Source of the DNA: Octopus bimaculoides
Lineage: Eukaryota
Length of the DNA stretch: 64,000 nt
NCBI RefSeq assembly: GCF_001194135.2
Contig: NC_068981.1
Location: 159,221,119 to 159,285,118 of the forward strand
Reading direction: 5' to 3'
The notes under the pieces are model-generated. The model ran no database searches. It was not told the origin of the DNA and saw only the letters and a list, made by a program, of their open reading frames with translations. Both the position numbers and the translations under genes were made by a program. Every line of letters begins with the position of its first letter. The first letter of the stretch is position 1. Below are positions 1 through 11,937 of this stretch, one piece after another.

Positions 1-424
1 CAGACAAAGAGTGTTGCTCAAGGAGCTGTGTTCCCAAGTCTCATGATGTTATCAGTTTCATGTATGCAAACTTGTTCAAGGGATGCACTTCGACACTTGG
101 TGGTTAAAAGATGCTGCTGAAGGGATATGATGCGACATTCAGAGGCATGTATGTATGTATGTATGTATGTATGTATGTATGTATGTATGTACATGTATGT
201 ATTTGTATATATTAATATCTATATTTACAAAGACAGATCAGTGGCTTAGTAGAATTGGAATGTTGAACAAAAAAACCTTTTACATGTCACCTACTTCTTG
301 TAAAAGTTTGCCTATTCCTGTTCTAAACTAGTTCAAGAGTCTAATCCAGCTTTATCAATTTATACCGTTTTATTGATAGATTCACTAGAAGAACTTTTTA
401 AAAACTGCAAAGGATTTCACTTAC

Positions 425-479
425 TGCTTGCCCATTATGGATACCATAACAAGAGGATGTTTCAATCTGTGTTTTATAT
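425..479 (-). CDS. Candidate 55-nt exon, (N)IKHRLKHPLVMVSIMGK or (K)YKTQIETSSCYGIHNGQA
   Basis: Acceptor TTTTTCTCTTTTTCCAG and donor AGCA|GTAAGT. Two frames are open. Confidence 0.6.
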
Positions 480-849
480 CTGGAAAAAGAGAAAAATTCC
501 ATTTATAATATATGTATTAGTTTTGTACTATATTTGCATTCTATATTTGCAGTTGATTCTCCATACAACTGTAGGCAGGAAATGTTTGGAAAATTTTGGG
601 TTTTATTGCAGAAATTGTTTTTGTAACATAAATGAAAAAGTACAACTTGTTCGTTAGACAGACAAACTGAGATTAGCAAGATATATGTTTTGCAATCCAT
701 TGGTTATAAGTTGTAAAGCCTATACTTATGATAGTCAGTAATCTAAAGTTTTAATTTCAAAATCATTACGCTTTATATTCATAATCTTAAATTAGATAAA
801 ACTTACTACCTCTTTTTTTAGATAACTACCTAGACATGCACAGACACGC

Positions 850-881
850 ATGCACACACACACATGCACACACACACACAT

Positions 882-948
<67 letters not shown>
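850..948. repeat. (CA)n microsatellite
   Basis: Read directly from the sequence. Confidence 0.95.
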
Positions 949-951
<3 letters not shown>

Positions 952-1091
952 GAAATAGCTTTCTTACCAACCACATGGTTCTGGGTTCAGTCCCACAGCG
1001 TGGCACCTTGGGCAAGTGTCTTCTATTATAGCCTTGGGCCAACCAAAGCCTTGTGAATGGATTTGATAGACAGAAACTGAAAGAAGCCCAT

Positions 1092-1137
<46 letters not shown>

Positions 1138-1484
1138 AATGGATGAATGAATTATCCTTTGTTTACAGTTAACACGGAAAATTCAATAAACAGTTACCAG
1201 GGTAGAAAGTAAAAGAAACTGAATAGCATCTGTGCTCAACTCCATTTATTTACTTATATATATATGTATGTATATATTTGTGTGTCTGTGTTTGTCCCCG
1301 CCAACATCACTTGACAACTGATGCTGGTGTGTTTACATCCCTGTAACTTAGCAGTTCTGCAAAAAGGACCGATAGAATAAGTACTAGGCTTACAAAGAAT
1401 AAGTCCTAGGTCGATTTGCTCAACTAAAAGTGGTGTTCCAGCATGGCCACAGTCAAATGACTAAAACAAATAGAAGAATAAAAG
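949..1484 (+). mobile_element. tRNA-derived CORE-like SINE with internal microsatellite (family A)
   Basis: B-box-like GGTTCAGTCCC, CORE-like GCACCTTGGGCAAGTGTCTT, internal (TG)(TA) tract and conserved tail CAGCATGGCCACAGTCAAATGACT. Copies recur through the window. Confidence 0.8.
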
Positions 1485-1521
1485 CGTATATATTTACTTG
1501 CATATTTTATGTGCTTACTCC

Positions 1522-1560
<39 letters not shown>

Positions 1561-2210
1561 NNNNNNNNNNNNNNNNNNNNNNNNNNNNNNNNNNNNNNNN
1601 NNNNNNNNNNNNNNNNNNNNNNNNNNNNNNNNNNNNNNNNNNNNNNNNNNNNNNNNNNNNNNNNNNNNNNNNNNNNNNNNNNNNNNNNNNNNNNNNNNNN
1701 NNNNNNNNNNNNNNNNNNNNNNNNNNNNNNNNNNNNNNNNNNNNNNNNNNNNNNNNNNNNNNNNNNNNNNNNNNNNNNNNNNNNNNNNNNNNNNNNNNNN
1801 NNNNNNNNNNNNNNNNNNNNNNNNNNNNNNNNNNNNNNNNNNNNNNNNNNNNNNNNNNNNNNNNNNNNNNNNNNNNNNNNNNNNNNNNNNNNNNNNNNNN
1901 NNNNNNNNNNNNNNNNNNNNNNNNNNNNNNNNNNNNNNNNNNNNNNNNNNNACAATAAGTACCAAATGAATTTATATGAAATACTTATTTTATAAAGATA
2001 GAAAAATTATAAAAAATATAAAAATATTAAAATAATAAACATTCCATAATCATCCATTCATCCATTATAATATATGCTAACATGTATATTATATACAAAA
2101 ACCAGCTTACATATTATCGTTTTAAATACAATTTGAACAAAGTTTAAGGTTATGTGATAGTGGATTTTCGTCGATGAGTTCTTGAAACTTGGTTATTTTC
2201 CCTAAAACTA

Positions 2211-2249
<39 letters not shown>

Positions 2250-2332
2250 TATATTTTTATTGATGTGTGTGTGTGAAAATTGCAAGGATTTCAAATAACA
2301 AGAAAAAAAAGAGAACAATAGATTATACTTAC

Positions 2333-2400
2333 TTCTGATTACAATCACTTTTCATTACTACCTTTAAAGGTTTTGGTGCATTAACAGATAATTTGATATC
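2333..2400 (-). CDS. Possible 68-nt exon, DIKLSVNAPKPLKVVMKSDCNQ
   Basis: Donor AGAA|GTAAGT and a weaker acceptor TTATATTCTTTTACAAAG. Only frame 0 is open; it exits in phase 2. Confidence 0.35.
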
Positions 2401-2665
2401 CTTTGTAAAAGAATATAAAATGAAGTATTAAATTTTCTACCAAATTTTGGTTGAAATCTTGTTCTATTAGTTACCATAAGAAAAATTCTAAGTGTTCAAG
2501 TTCAACAAAAATTCAAAGATAAATTTAAGTTCAGTTAAACTAATTTGTGAATTTATTTATTTCATAGTAAAATAAAGAGAGGTCAAAAACCATGGTCAGT
2601 TAAAATGACTCTAACATTTGCCAAAAATTTGTGGCATTGTGCCAATGTTAGAAGAAATCCTTATT

Positions 2666-2880
2666 TTAACCCTTTAGCATTCAGCTTACTCTGTTAAGTG
2701 TAATGCTTATTTATTCAAATTGTTTTGAATTATCATACATTATCTTGTAATCTCAAAATTTTGATGATGTGCTTGCTTATTTTTAGAATGACATTGTAGG
2801 GTAGTTCTGAGAGGTCAGATCTAGCCAGTTTGAACATAAAACAGGTAAAGTATTTAAGCCAGATATGGTCAATTTATTGC
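2666..2880. mobile_element. piggyBac-type MITE family 1, one end degraded
   Basis: Starts TTAA|CCCTTTAGCATTCAG and is the inverse-oriented relative of 10534-10760. Confidence 0.65.
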
Positions 2881-3609
2881 ATTTTTTTAAAGAGTTGTCA
2901 ATTGACAGAACTGTTTGAGTGTCAGACAAAATGCCTAGTGGTATTTTTTGCAGCACTTTACCTTTTGAGTTCTTCCCAAGGTTGATAACAATAAAATAGC
3001 AGTCAAGTGCTGGGTGCAATTTGATTGACTTGCTCCTCCCCACCTCTAAGTTCTTTCGTTGTGTCTATGTTAGAAACTATCATAAAAAAGCAGGACTGCT
3101 TATTAATGTAGAACTATGTGACAACTGCAATACTCTTAATCAGATGCTTACTGCATTAATGAAAAGACAAACAAAAGTGGTCTTTTATTGTTGTTGTTTT
3201 ATTTGATGCTGTTTTGCCTTAGGTCACCATAAGAAGACCTATAATCAAAAGGCATTCCACTGTTTTTCATTTTTGCTTTTTTTTTTTAAATTTTAATTTC
3301 AGAGACTACCTTGTTCAGCGAATCTTTCTTTATTGAGTAAATAATGTATGATTTGAAAATTATTTTGCTGTTATTTCTAGCAGATAAAGTAACTGTGCAA
3401 AAGCTTCCACATCAGCTTGTAAAAGAGCATATATTCTGATGTATAAGGAGAGGTGATAGATGTGACTGTTTATGAAAGAGTTCTTCATTAGATAAGAAAC
3501 TGCCTAGTAGCCCTACTATAGTAATTGATTATCCTCTAGTAAAATTTGATTTATTCTATTACAATTTAATACAGCTCATTCCATATTCAGGTTGAGTTTA
3601 ATAGAACTG

Positions 3610-3960
3610 AATGCTTTGGTCAGAGAACTCAAAGTTAATGGAATTTCAGAACATATCTGATAGGAAAATTATTTATTAGAACTGAGTGTGCAAGCAAAAG
3701 ACAAGTTAAGTGTCTTGTGGTTAGCTGCTTCCATTTGTAGCAGATCTTTGGCTCAATTTGAACCTTGGCTGTTTTCTCTGCAAATGGAAATTTTTCATAA
3801 TCAAAAGCAGGATCTTTCAAATTGATTGATGACATCATGAAAAATTTAACCAATGATGCTCAATTGCTGCATATCAAACTTATTGACTGATACCAGTAAA
3901 ATTAGAAATGGGTCAAAAGTTGTTGAGAGCTAATCAGTCAAACTCAAAGTTAAACATATC
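3610..3960 (+). pseudogene. Highly degenerate CR1/L2 reverse transcriptase fragment
   Basis: Frameshifted ELKVNGIS...LFSL...SFKLIDDI...LLHIKLID..KWVKSC tracks the motif order KL..GI / LF.LY / KLFADD / LQ.DL..W..KW..KC. Confidence 0.45.
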
Positions 3961-3971
3961 TAATAAGATAG

Positions 3972-4002
<31 letters not shown>

Positions 4003-4344
4003 GAAATGGAGAGGACAGACAGCTAGAGGAGAGCAGAGGATCAGTGCAATCATGTGTTAAGTCAGACTAAGTTTAACATCACTTGTTCTACAACCAGACT
4101 TGTCTGCATGAACAAGCAACAAAATGCAACAAACAAACTGTTTTTAATTTGAAATTCAACCATAGCAGGGACACTTATATTCTTACACTCACCCTTTCTC
4201 TGCCTCCTTCTCCTTATAGCTGTCATCTAAACACAGCCACACAAGCTGTCAACTGAATCACTAATATGAGCACAATGTTCTCTACTGGATCCTGGCTGCA
4301 CAGAATTACAGAATTAGAACACAACATTAATCTCATTTTCTGAT

Positions 4345-4903
4345 GTTAGAGAAAAGCTGAACATTAGAAGCATCAGTTGTGGCGTGCAAGAGAGACGATT
4401 GCGCTGGTATGGACATGTGGTGAGAATGGAGGAGGATAGCTGCGTGAAAAAGTGCCACACCCTAACAGTTGAGGGAACCCGTGGAAGAGGTAGGCCCAGG
4501 AAGACCTGGGCTGAGGTGGTGAGGCAAGACCTTCGTACATTGGGCCTCACCGAGGCGATGACTACTGACCGAGACCTTTGGAAATGTGCTGTGCGTGAGA
4601 AGACCCGGCAAGCCAAGTAAGATNNNNNNNNNNGATCGTTGCCAGTGCCCCTGGACTGGCTTGTGCGAGTGGCACATAAAAGACACCATTTCGAGCGTGG
4701 CCGTTTTCGTGCGGGTGACACGTAAAAGCACCCACTACACTCTCTGAGTGGTTGGCGTTAGGAAGGGCATCCAGCTGTAGAAACTCTGCCAAATCAGACT
4801 GGAGCCTGGTGTTGCCATCCGGTTTCACCAGTCCTCAGTCAAATCGTCCAACCCATGCTAGCATGGAAAGCGGACGTTAAACGATGATGATGATGATGAT
4901 GAT
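4345..4903 (+). mobile_element. Young 5'-truncated RTE-clade LINE: ORF2 C-terminus, 3'UTR and (GAT)n tail
   Basis: ERRLRWYGHVVRM...GTRGRGRPRKTW...DRDLWK, followed by a CpG-rich 3'UTR ending GGACGTTAAAC(GAT)n. Confidence 0.9.
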
Positions 4904-5831
4904 TCTGTAAGTTTTTTTTCTTTTTCTTGGAACTGTTGTGTTCCATTTCTAACTTTAAACAATACAACAGATGATGATCTGAAAACAGCAGACTACTATT
5001 ATGTTTCTTTGGATACTAATTCAAAGAACTAATTCCAAAGATTATAGGTAGTTACAAGCAACCGCTCTAGTATTGGTGCTATGATAAAATGCACCCAATG
5101 CACTCTGTAAAGTAACTGGTGTTAGGAAAACCACTTTACATGTAAAAACTATGTCAAAAATGGACTGTACAAGCAAAACATGGTTCCCTAACTAATCTAG
5201 GAGGGCAGGAACTTCAAATAAAAACTGACTAGATCCATGAAAACCTATCCAACCCAGTCCAGCATGAAAAGAAGACACAAAGTAATGATGATGATTAGGA
5301 TACATATGTGTACATGTATAAGTATATATGAGTTTGACTTTGTGTATACTAGTATAAAATAATGTGGTGAGTTATGTTTCTTTACCGTTTCCTCCACAGC
5401 AAAAAGAAAAATATAAAGCTTAATTATTCAATTACTAATGACTGGTAAAATAAATTCTTGAACTGGTATGATCAATTAGAACCCCTTAAAAGGTGGCACC
5501 CCCAGCTTGACCACAGTCAAATTACTAAAACCAATGAAAAAAAAGAAAAGTGAAAATATTTGTTTACTTACACCTCCCAAACGGTTATGGGCATCTTTTT
5601 GTATTAAAAACCCTTTCACAGGCAAAACATAACCAGTATCTGGAAAATATGTAAACTGAACTTGAAAAATATTGTTGTCTTGAATTAAAGACATGTTACT
5701 GATTCCAGATGGATAAAAGACAGAAATAGGATTTGAACTCGGGCATACAACTAGATACTATAAGTATCTATTCTAGTTCTCTACCTCATTCTAATTTAAT
5801 ATACCTAAAATAAAGAAAAGAGAAAACTTAC

Positions 5832-5895
5832 TTGGCACAAGTTGTAGAACAATTCTTTGAGGTTTCAAAAGTCTCTTCTTTGTAGCTCTTCTATT
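5832..5895 (-). CDS. Candidate 64-nt exon, NRRATKKRLLKPQRIVLQLVP
   Basis: Acceptor TTTGTTTTGTTTACTCTGCAG and donor CCAA|GTAAGT. Only frame 0 is open; it exits in phase 1. Confidence 0.6.
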
Positions 5896-6673
5896 CTGCA
5901 GAGTAAACAAAACAAAACTTCCAAGTAAAATGAATTACCATATTTACTCAAGTACATTGTATTCTTGAATATAATGAAATCCTAACATTTTGATCCTCAA
6001 AAGTCAGTAACATATTTAATTCTCTTATCTATTTTTCTTTTACATTTGCATATAATGTTAACCCACAATTTTAGTTATTTCCTTTTAGTCAAGAGGGAAG
6101 GCTGTGCTCAGATCCTGTAGTGGGTCTTTGAAACTCATAGGAAGTAGGGATGAAGGTGTCCTGAAACCAAAGACCTGACCCAAATGCCTGCAATAGAGTG
6201 GATTCTACTAAAAGCATCCAAGGTACCAGTGGGGATATTAAATCATGCAATGGATTAAGTCTGTTACCTATGTAAGCCATCATGAGAATTGAACTCAGAA
6301 CACAATGAGCCAGAACAAATACCACAAGGTATCAAATCTGACATTCTTACAGTTCTGCCAGTCCACCATCCTGGATTGGTACTTTTTGATCAAACCTTGA
6401 AGGATGAAATGTAAAGTTGACCTTGGTAGGATTTGAACTTAGATCTTAGAGAGTTGGAACAAATACCACAAGGCATTCATTATGATTCAAGTTCCCAGTT
6501 CAAAAGGAATGGATGGTGACAGTCATCAGAATCCATGCAAACAGTGAGACTGGATGATGATGATTCTATCTGAAACTCTAATGACTCTGCCAGTTTCCAC
6601 TTAGATGTGTTGTATTAAATTTCCTTTATTATGCTTGAGTAAATAGGGTATTTATGCATATATATATATATAT

Positions 6674-6875
6674 ATCATCATCATCATCATCATCATCATC
6701 GTTTAACGTCCGCTTTCCATGCTAGCATGGGTTGGACGATTTGACTGAGGACTGGTGAAACCGGATGGCAACACCAGGCTCCAGTCTAATTTGGCAGAGT
6801 TTCTACAGCTGGATGCCCTTCCTAACGCCAACCACTCAGAGAGTGTAGTGGGTGCTTTTACGTGTCACCCGCACG
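6674..6875 (-). mobile_element. Second copy of the same RTE 3' end, inverted, running into a gap
   Basis: By eye it is the reverse complement of 4708-4903 with one mismatch outside the tail. Confidence 0.9.
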
Positions 6876-7800
6876 NNNNNNNNNNNNNNNNNNNNNNNNN
6901 NNNNNNNNNNNNNNNNNNNNNNNNNNNNNNNNNNNNNNNNNNNNNNNNNNNNNNNNNNNNNNNNNNNNNNNNNNNNNNNNNNNNNNNNNNNNNNNNNNNN
7001 NNNNNNNNNNNNNNNNNNNNNNNNNNNNNNNNNNNNNNNNNNNNNNNNNNNNNNNNNNNNNNNNNNNNNNNNNNNNNNNNNNNNNNNNNNNNNNNNNNNN
7101 NNNNNNNNNNNNNNNNNNNNNNNNNNNNNNNNNNNNNNNNNNNNNNNNNNNNNNNNNNNNNNNNNNNNNNNNNNNNNNNNNNNNNNNNNNNNNNNNNNNN
7201 NNNNNNNNNNNNNNNNNNNNNNNNNNNNNNNNNNNNNNNNNNNNNNNNNNNNNNNNNNNNNNNNNNNNNNNNNNNNNNNNNNNNNNNNNNNNNNNNNNNN
7301 NNNNNNNNNNNNNNNNNNNNNNNNNNNNNNNNNNNNNNNNNNNNNNNNNNNNNNNNNNNNNNNNNNNNNNNNNNNNNNNNNNNNNNNNNNNNNNNNNNNN
7401 NNNNNNNNNNNNNNNNNNNNNNNNNNNNNNNNNNNNNNNNNNNNNNNNNNNNNNNNNNNNNNNNNNNNNNNNNNNNNNNNNNNNNNNNNNNNNNNNNNNN
7501 NNNNNNNNNNNNNNNNNNNNNNNNNNNNNNNNNNNNNNNNNNNNNNNNNNNNNNNNNNNNNNNNNNNNNNNNNNNNNNNNNNNNNNNNNNNNNNNNNNNN
7601 NNNNNNNNNNNNNNNNNNNNNNNNNNNNNNNNNNNNNNNNNNNNNNNNNNNNNNNNNNNNNNNNNNNNNNNNNNNNNNNNNNNNNNNNNNNNNNNNNNNN
7701 NNNNNNNNNNNNNNNNNNNNNNNNNNNNNNNNNNNNNNNNNNNNNNNNNNNNNNNNNNNNNNNNNNNNNNNNNNNNNNNNNNNNNNNNNNNNNNNNNNNN

Positions 7801-7900
7801 AAGCTTATCAAAAGAAGAGGAACTATGTCTATAAACTTGTCAATTTGTTCTTGGTGATTGATGTAGTTGACATTCAATTTGAACATTTTTAAGTCAATAT
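7801..7900 (-). CDS. Possible internal exon (runs into gap), (D)IDLKMFKLNVNYINHQEQIDKFIDIVPLLLIS
   Basis: Acceptor TTTTTTTTTTCTGCAG is strong and only the phase-1 frame is open. The donor is hidden by the gap at 6876-7800. It could instead be an old LINE remnant. Confidence 0.35.
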
Positions 7901-8936
7901 CTGCAGAAAAAAAAACATAAGTAGGAAAGAATTTCAGGGAGCTGTCATTCTGGAAAGCAAGGACCAGGAAATGTGCTTTGTGAAGGGCTTGCAGGATGAG
8001 ACACAGTAATGGTGACAAGAAGAATAGTGACTGGTGGAGAGAGACAGTCTGGATGGAGAAGGTAAGGATATACAGGGAGCTAGTTCATTAGAGTAGAGAT
8101 TTTTGTAGTAGCAACTTTTTTTATGATTTAATCAGATGAGGAAGGGCACCCTTTCTAGGAGCTTTGAGGCTGTTAATTATCCTCAGACTAGAGGACTTGG
8201 CTTAAAGGCTTATGCAAAAATAGGAATGGTTCTTCTGACAGACTTTCACAGTTTCTTCTATTTACCAATTCTACCTACCAGGCCTCAAACCAGAGGCTTA
8301 GTCTGAATACTTGTAACATAGTGAATTCAACTAAATGCACCCAAGTGGTAGTGTTTAACTAGGCAAAATGTTAGGTTTTACACTTAAAGTTGCTACTGTT
8401 ATTAAAGTTTACATATTTGCATAAAAATATTTGGTTGGAAAATTACATTCAGGAATACACATTTATTACCTTTTTCAAATGAGCTTCATTCACAGACTGA
8501 TAGATTGAACTTTCAGAACAGCCTCCTCTCAGTAAAGTTCCTCTGGTTTCACATCTTGAGGCACCATGGAAATCCTTGAATTTGAATAATACAATTAATA
8601 TTTTTTGTTAATGGTAAGTGGATTGAATGACACTTAGAATGGCAAAGTAATAGGTATCTTTTCTTTTATATATCTACATCCCAACTTGGATAAGTTATGA
8701 TACACCATTAGCTTTCTTATGAGTAACGACATCACATTAAAGAACTTTCAATTCCTGGGGTTTCAGAGACTGTTTTTTTGTTTGTTTGTTTTTTTAAACA
8801 CATGTCACATGAAAATTATTTAACCCATGTTATTATGGAAAATTAGAGGTAAAAATATTTAACACTGAAGAAAAACAGATAAGCAAAAAAATTGTCTAAA
8901 TTTGTACAATGTAATATACATGATCTGTACATATAC

Positions 8937-8940
8937 ATGT

Positions 8941-9036
<96 letters not shown>
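8937..9036. repeat. (GT)n microsatellite
   Basis: Read directly from the sequence. Confidence 0.95.
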
Positions 9037-9038
<2 letters not shown>

Positions 9039-10533
9039 AATTTTAAAAGAATTCAATATAATTTTTCTAATGTTGAAGTATTGCATAAAAACACACAATA
9101 ACTTACAGGAGAGAGGCACCAGCTGCATGTCCCATTGCGTTGTATGCAACTCCCACATGTTTTCTCATGAATGCAATCATTACCAGCAACTGAAGACAAA
9201 AAAGACATTGCAAAGATCTGGATTGTTTAATTGCCTATTTATATAATCATTTTGTAATATAGAAATCTCACTTTATATGTACTTGATTCTAATAATTATT
9301 TTGTCAACTATGGAGGAATAACATTTAGAGAGATGATCTCACTGGGATTTGAACTCAGTATCTAGAAATACATAGCTACACATTACACTGTATTAAGTTT
9401 GGTGTTCTAACTATCTCAGCATCCTTGGTTACTGTATAATTGGCAGGTGTTGAGCCAATAAGGAAATCTCAACTTTTTAGAAATTGCGGTAGTCAAATCT
9501 CTCTCAAATTACACAATACTGTCTTTAAAAGGAAAGGAAGTGTTGGACAATGTCTTCTTGGATATACAAAAAAGACATGATGATTATTGCTGAAAAATAA
9601 TTGATTCTAATTCTAGGTTTGCTTGATCAAAGATTACTTGATATTAAACAACAGCGAGAACTTGGTTTGGTGTAGACTTAATCTGTTACACATTTAACAT
9701 CACTAATTAGCTGTTGGACTTCTCTTTAGAGGAGTCCTTTCTATTGCAAGCATACAAGCCTAGTCTCCAGTCTGAGAATAGCTTCCTCATTCCTCTCAGA
9801 AATCTTGGATGCTGCCCTCCCTTTTCTTTGATTAACACAAAAGCAAAGACAAAAAAAAAAAAAAACTTTTTTTTATCTGTAAATTTGTGAAGCTGAATTT
9901 AATGCTTCAATATTTTTGTGTGTGAGAGTGAAATAATTGAGCTTTTGTGGTTTGAGCTATGGCATTCATGCCTTTCTCAAGGAAGTGGAGTAAGTGAGGA
10001 GGTCATAACAACATTGTTATATTTCAGGATAATCATTTTATCTTTTTTTGCCAAATAACCACAGGCACATCAGGAATCTTGCAAAATAAATGTATAAAAT
10101 ATCATAACAACAGTCATAACCAAAAGCTGAATCAGGTCATTACTATTTAGACTTACAACTCATCTTTTTAGATTCCATACATTTAACTGATTACATCTAT
10201 TATAGTGTATGACTTGTGCTTGTTTTATCAGTATCAACCTAGAAGGGATGATGTTCAAATTCAACTCCAGCAATCTTGAACGCAGTGTTGATAGACAAAC
10301 TAAATAGTATAAAGCATTTAGTTCGGTGTGCTTCTGTTTCTGTCACTCCATCATTTTATATTAGATAAATTATTGATTTCTAACAATAGCTCATGGACGG
10401 AAACCATAAAAGCAGGTGTCACCAATTAGCTTAAATTCAGTATGTTATTGATATTTATTTTATTGACCCCAAAATGGACAAAACACCATGCCAATCTTAG
10501 TAAGACTTGAACTCGGAATGTAAACAGACATAA

Positions 10534-10760
10534 TTAATCCTTTAGCATTTAAACTGGCCATATCTGGTCTCAGTATACTACTTGCCGTATGTTCAAACTG
10601 GCCAGATCTGGCTTTTCACACTTACCCTACAATGGCTTTCTAAAAATAAGCAATCACATCATTGAAATCTTGAGGCTACAAGTTAATGGTATTTAATTCA
10701 AAACCATGTGAATAAATTAGCATGACATTTGACAAAGTAATCTGAATGATAAGGAGTTAA
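10534..10760. mobile_element. piggyBac-type MITE family 1, inserted in a family B repeat
   Basis: TTAA|TCCTTTAGCATTT...CTGAATGATAAGGAG|TTAA. The family B sequence resumes on both sides. Confidence 0.75.
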
Positions 10761-10846
10761 ATATTACAAAGCATTTTGGTAATTGTTCTGATAATTTATA
10801 TCAACCAGCAATCCTCATTAGATTGAATATTAAAGGTAAAACTTAC

Positions 10847-11177
10847 CATTGTATGCAAAAAGACATATCAACAAAAGACAAAAGTTTATTTGGCTTGACA
10901 TGATTACTTAAATTCCAGAAACAACAAACTCTTATGAAATACAAAGTGAAAGAAATTACTCTGTGCTAGAAGTCAAATCCATCCACAAGCATACAAATAT
11001 AGAGTGGGGATTCTATAGAATTTCATAAAGTTTGTTTACTGGAATATGTCTTGAATATAAATGAATGAAACTAAAGTGAAAATTCAGTGCTATGAAGTTT
11101 TTTGTTTTTCTTTCAATCTGGTGTTTTAAATCATCTGGTTAATCCGTTAATCCTTTTGACTTTAGACTAACTTGAAT
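10847..11177 (-). CDS. Candidate start-codon exon of an unidentified minus-strand gene (mostly 5'UTR)
   Basis: Minus strand has acceptor TTTTTTGTTTCTCTTTTGCAG before 11177 and donor ATG|GTAAGT after 10847. The exon ends in ATG (phase 0). An upstream ATG at 10901 reads MSSQINFCLLLICLFAYN (phase 1). No homology search was run. Confidence 0.5.
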
Positions 11178-11273
11178 CTGCAAAAGAGAAACAAAAAATA
11201 AAGAAATGTTAATATTTTTCTGGAATTAGATGAATTCTTAGAATTGCTATTCAACTTAAGTTTAGGTTTTGCA

Positions 11274-11502
11274 TTAACCCTTTAAATACCAACTACACTG
11301 AGACCATCTTTGATTCCATGAATAAAACTTCTTCCGTTAAAGTGATCTAAATTAAGATCTTCCATCAAAATTCCTTTCTAATTTTATGTTCCAAATCCCA
11401 GCCTAAAATTGACAAAGTTATTTTACAAAATACTTCATCATTTTTCAAAAATTTAATTGAAGGCAGTGTACTTCAACAGAAGTATGGTAACTAAAGGGTT
11501 AA
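11274..11502. mobile_element. piggyBac-type MITE family 2
   Basis: TTAA|CCCTTT...AAAGGG|TTAA. Confidence 0.8.
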
Positions 11503-11879
11503 ACAGATGACAGACATTTCTTCCTCTTGATAAGATGTCTATCACCAGTAATTTTCCCAATATCTTTATTCTTCACAGCTACGTCAACAGAATTGTTCTG
11601 CACAGAGACATAATGGACATTGAATTTAAATCTATCACAATTGAGCAAGCAGCTCACTTCATTCAGCTACACAAACATTCAATATGTATAAAAATTTGTG
11701 TAGAGATTTTATCATATATCTCTTGTGTGACAACATTACAACAGATGTGCCTGGGTTGATGTGACTAACATATGAGTGCAGATATGGTGAAGTGATTAAG
11801 GATGGAGTTGAAGCTTGATACTCATCCATGGAGATTTTTTTTAAATTACAGAAAATTCTTGTAATAGTATCAGGAATAT

Positions 11880-11894
11880 AAACAAACAAACAAA

Positions 11895-11937
<43 letters not shown>
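11880..11937. repeat. (AAAC)/(AAAT)n microsatellite
   Basis: Read directly from the sequence. Confidence 0.95.

Noticed and set aside
3635-3853. Minus ORF with a TTTGCAG acceptor in the phase needed to bridge the gene model
   Set aside because: It has no convincing donor, and the plus strand is better explained as decayed CR1/L2 RT.
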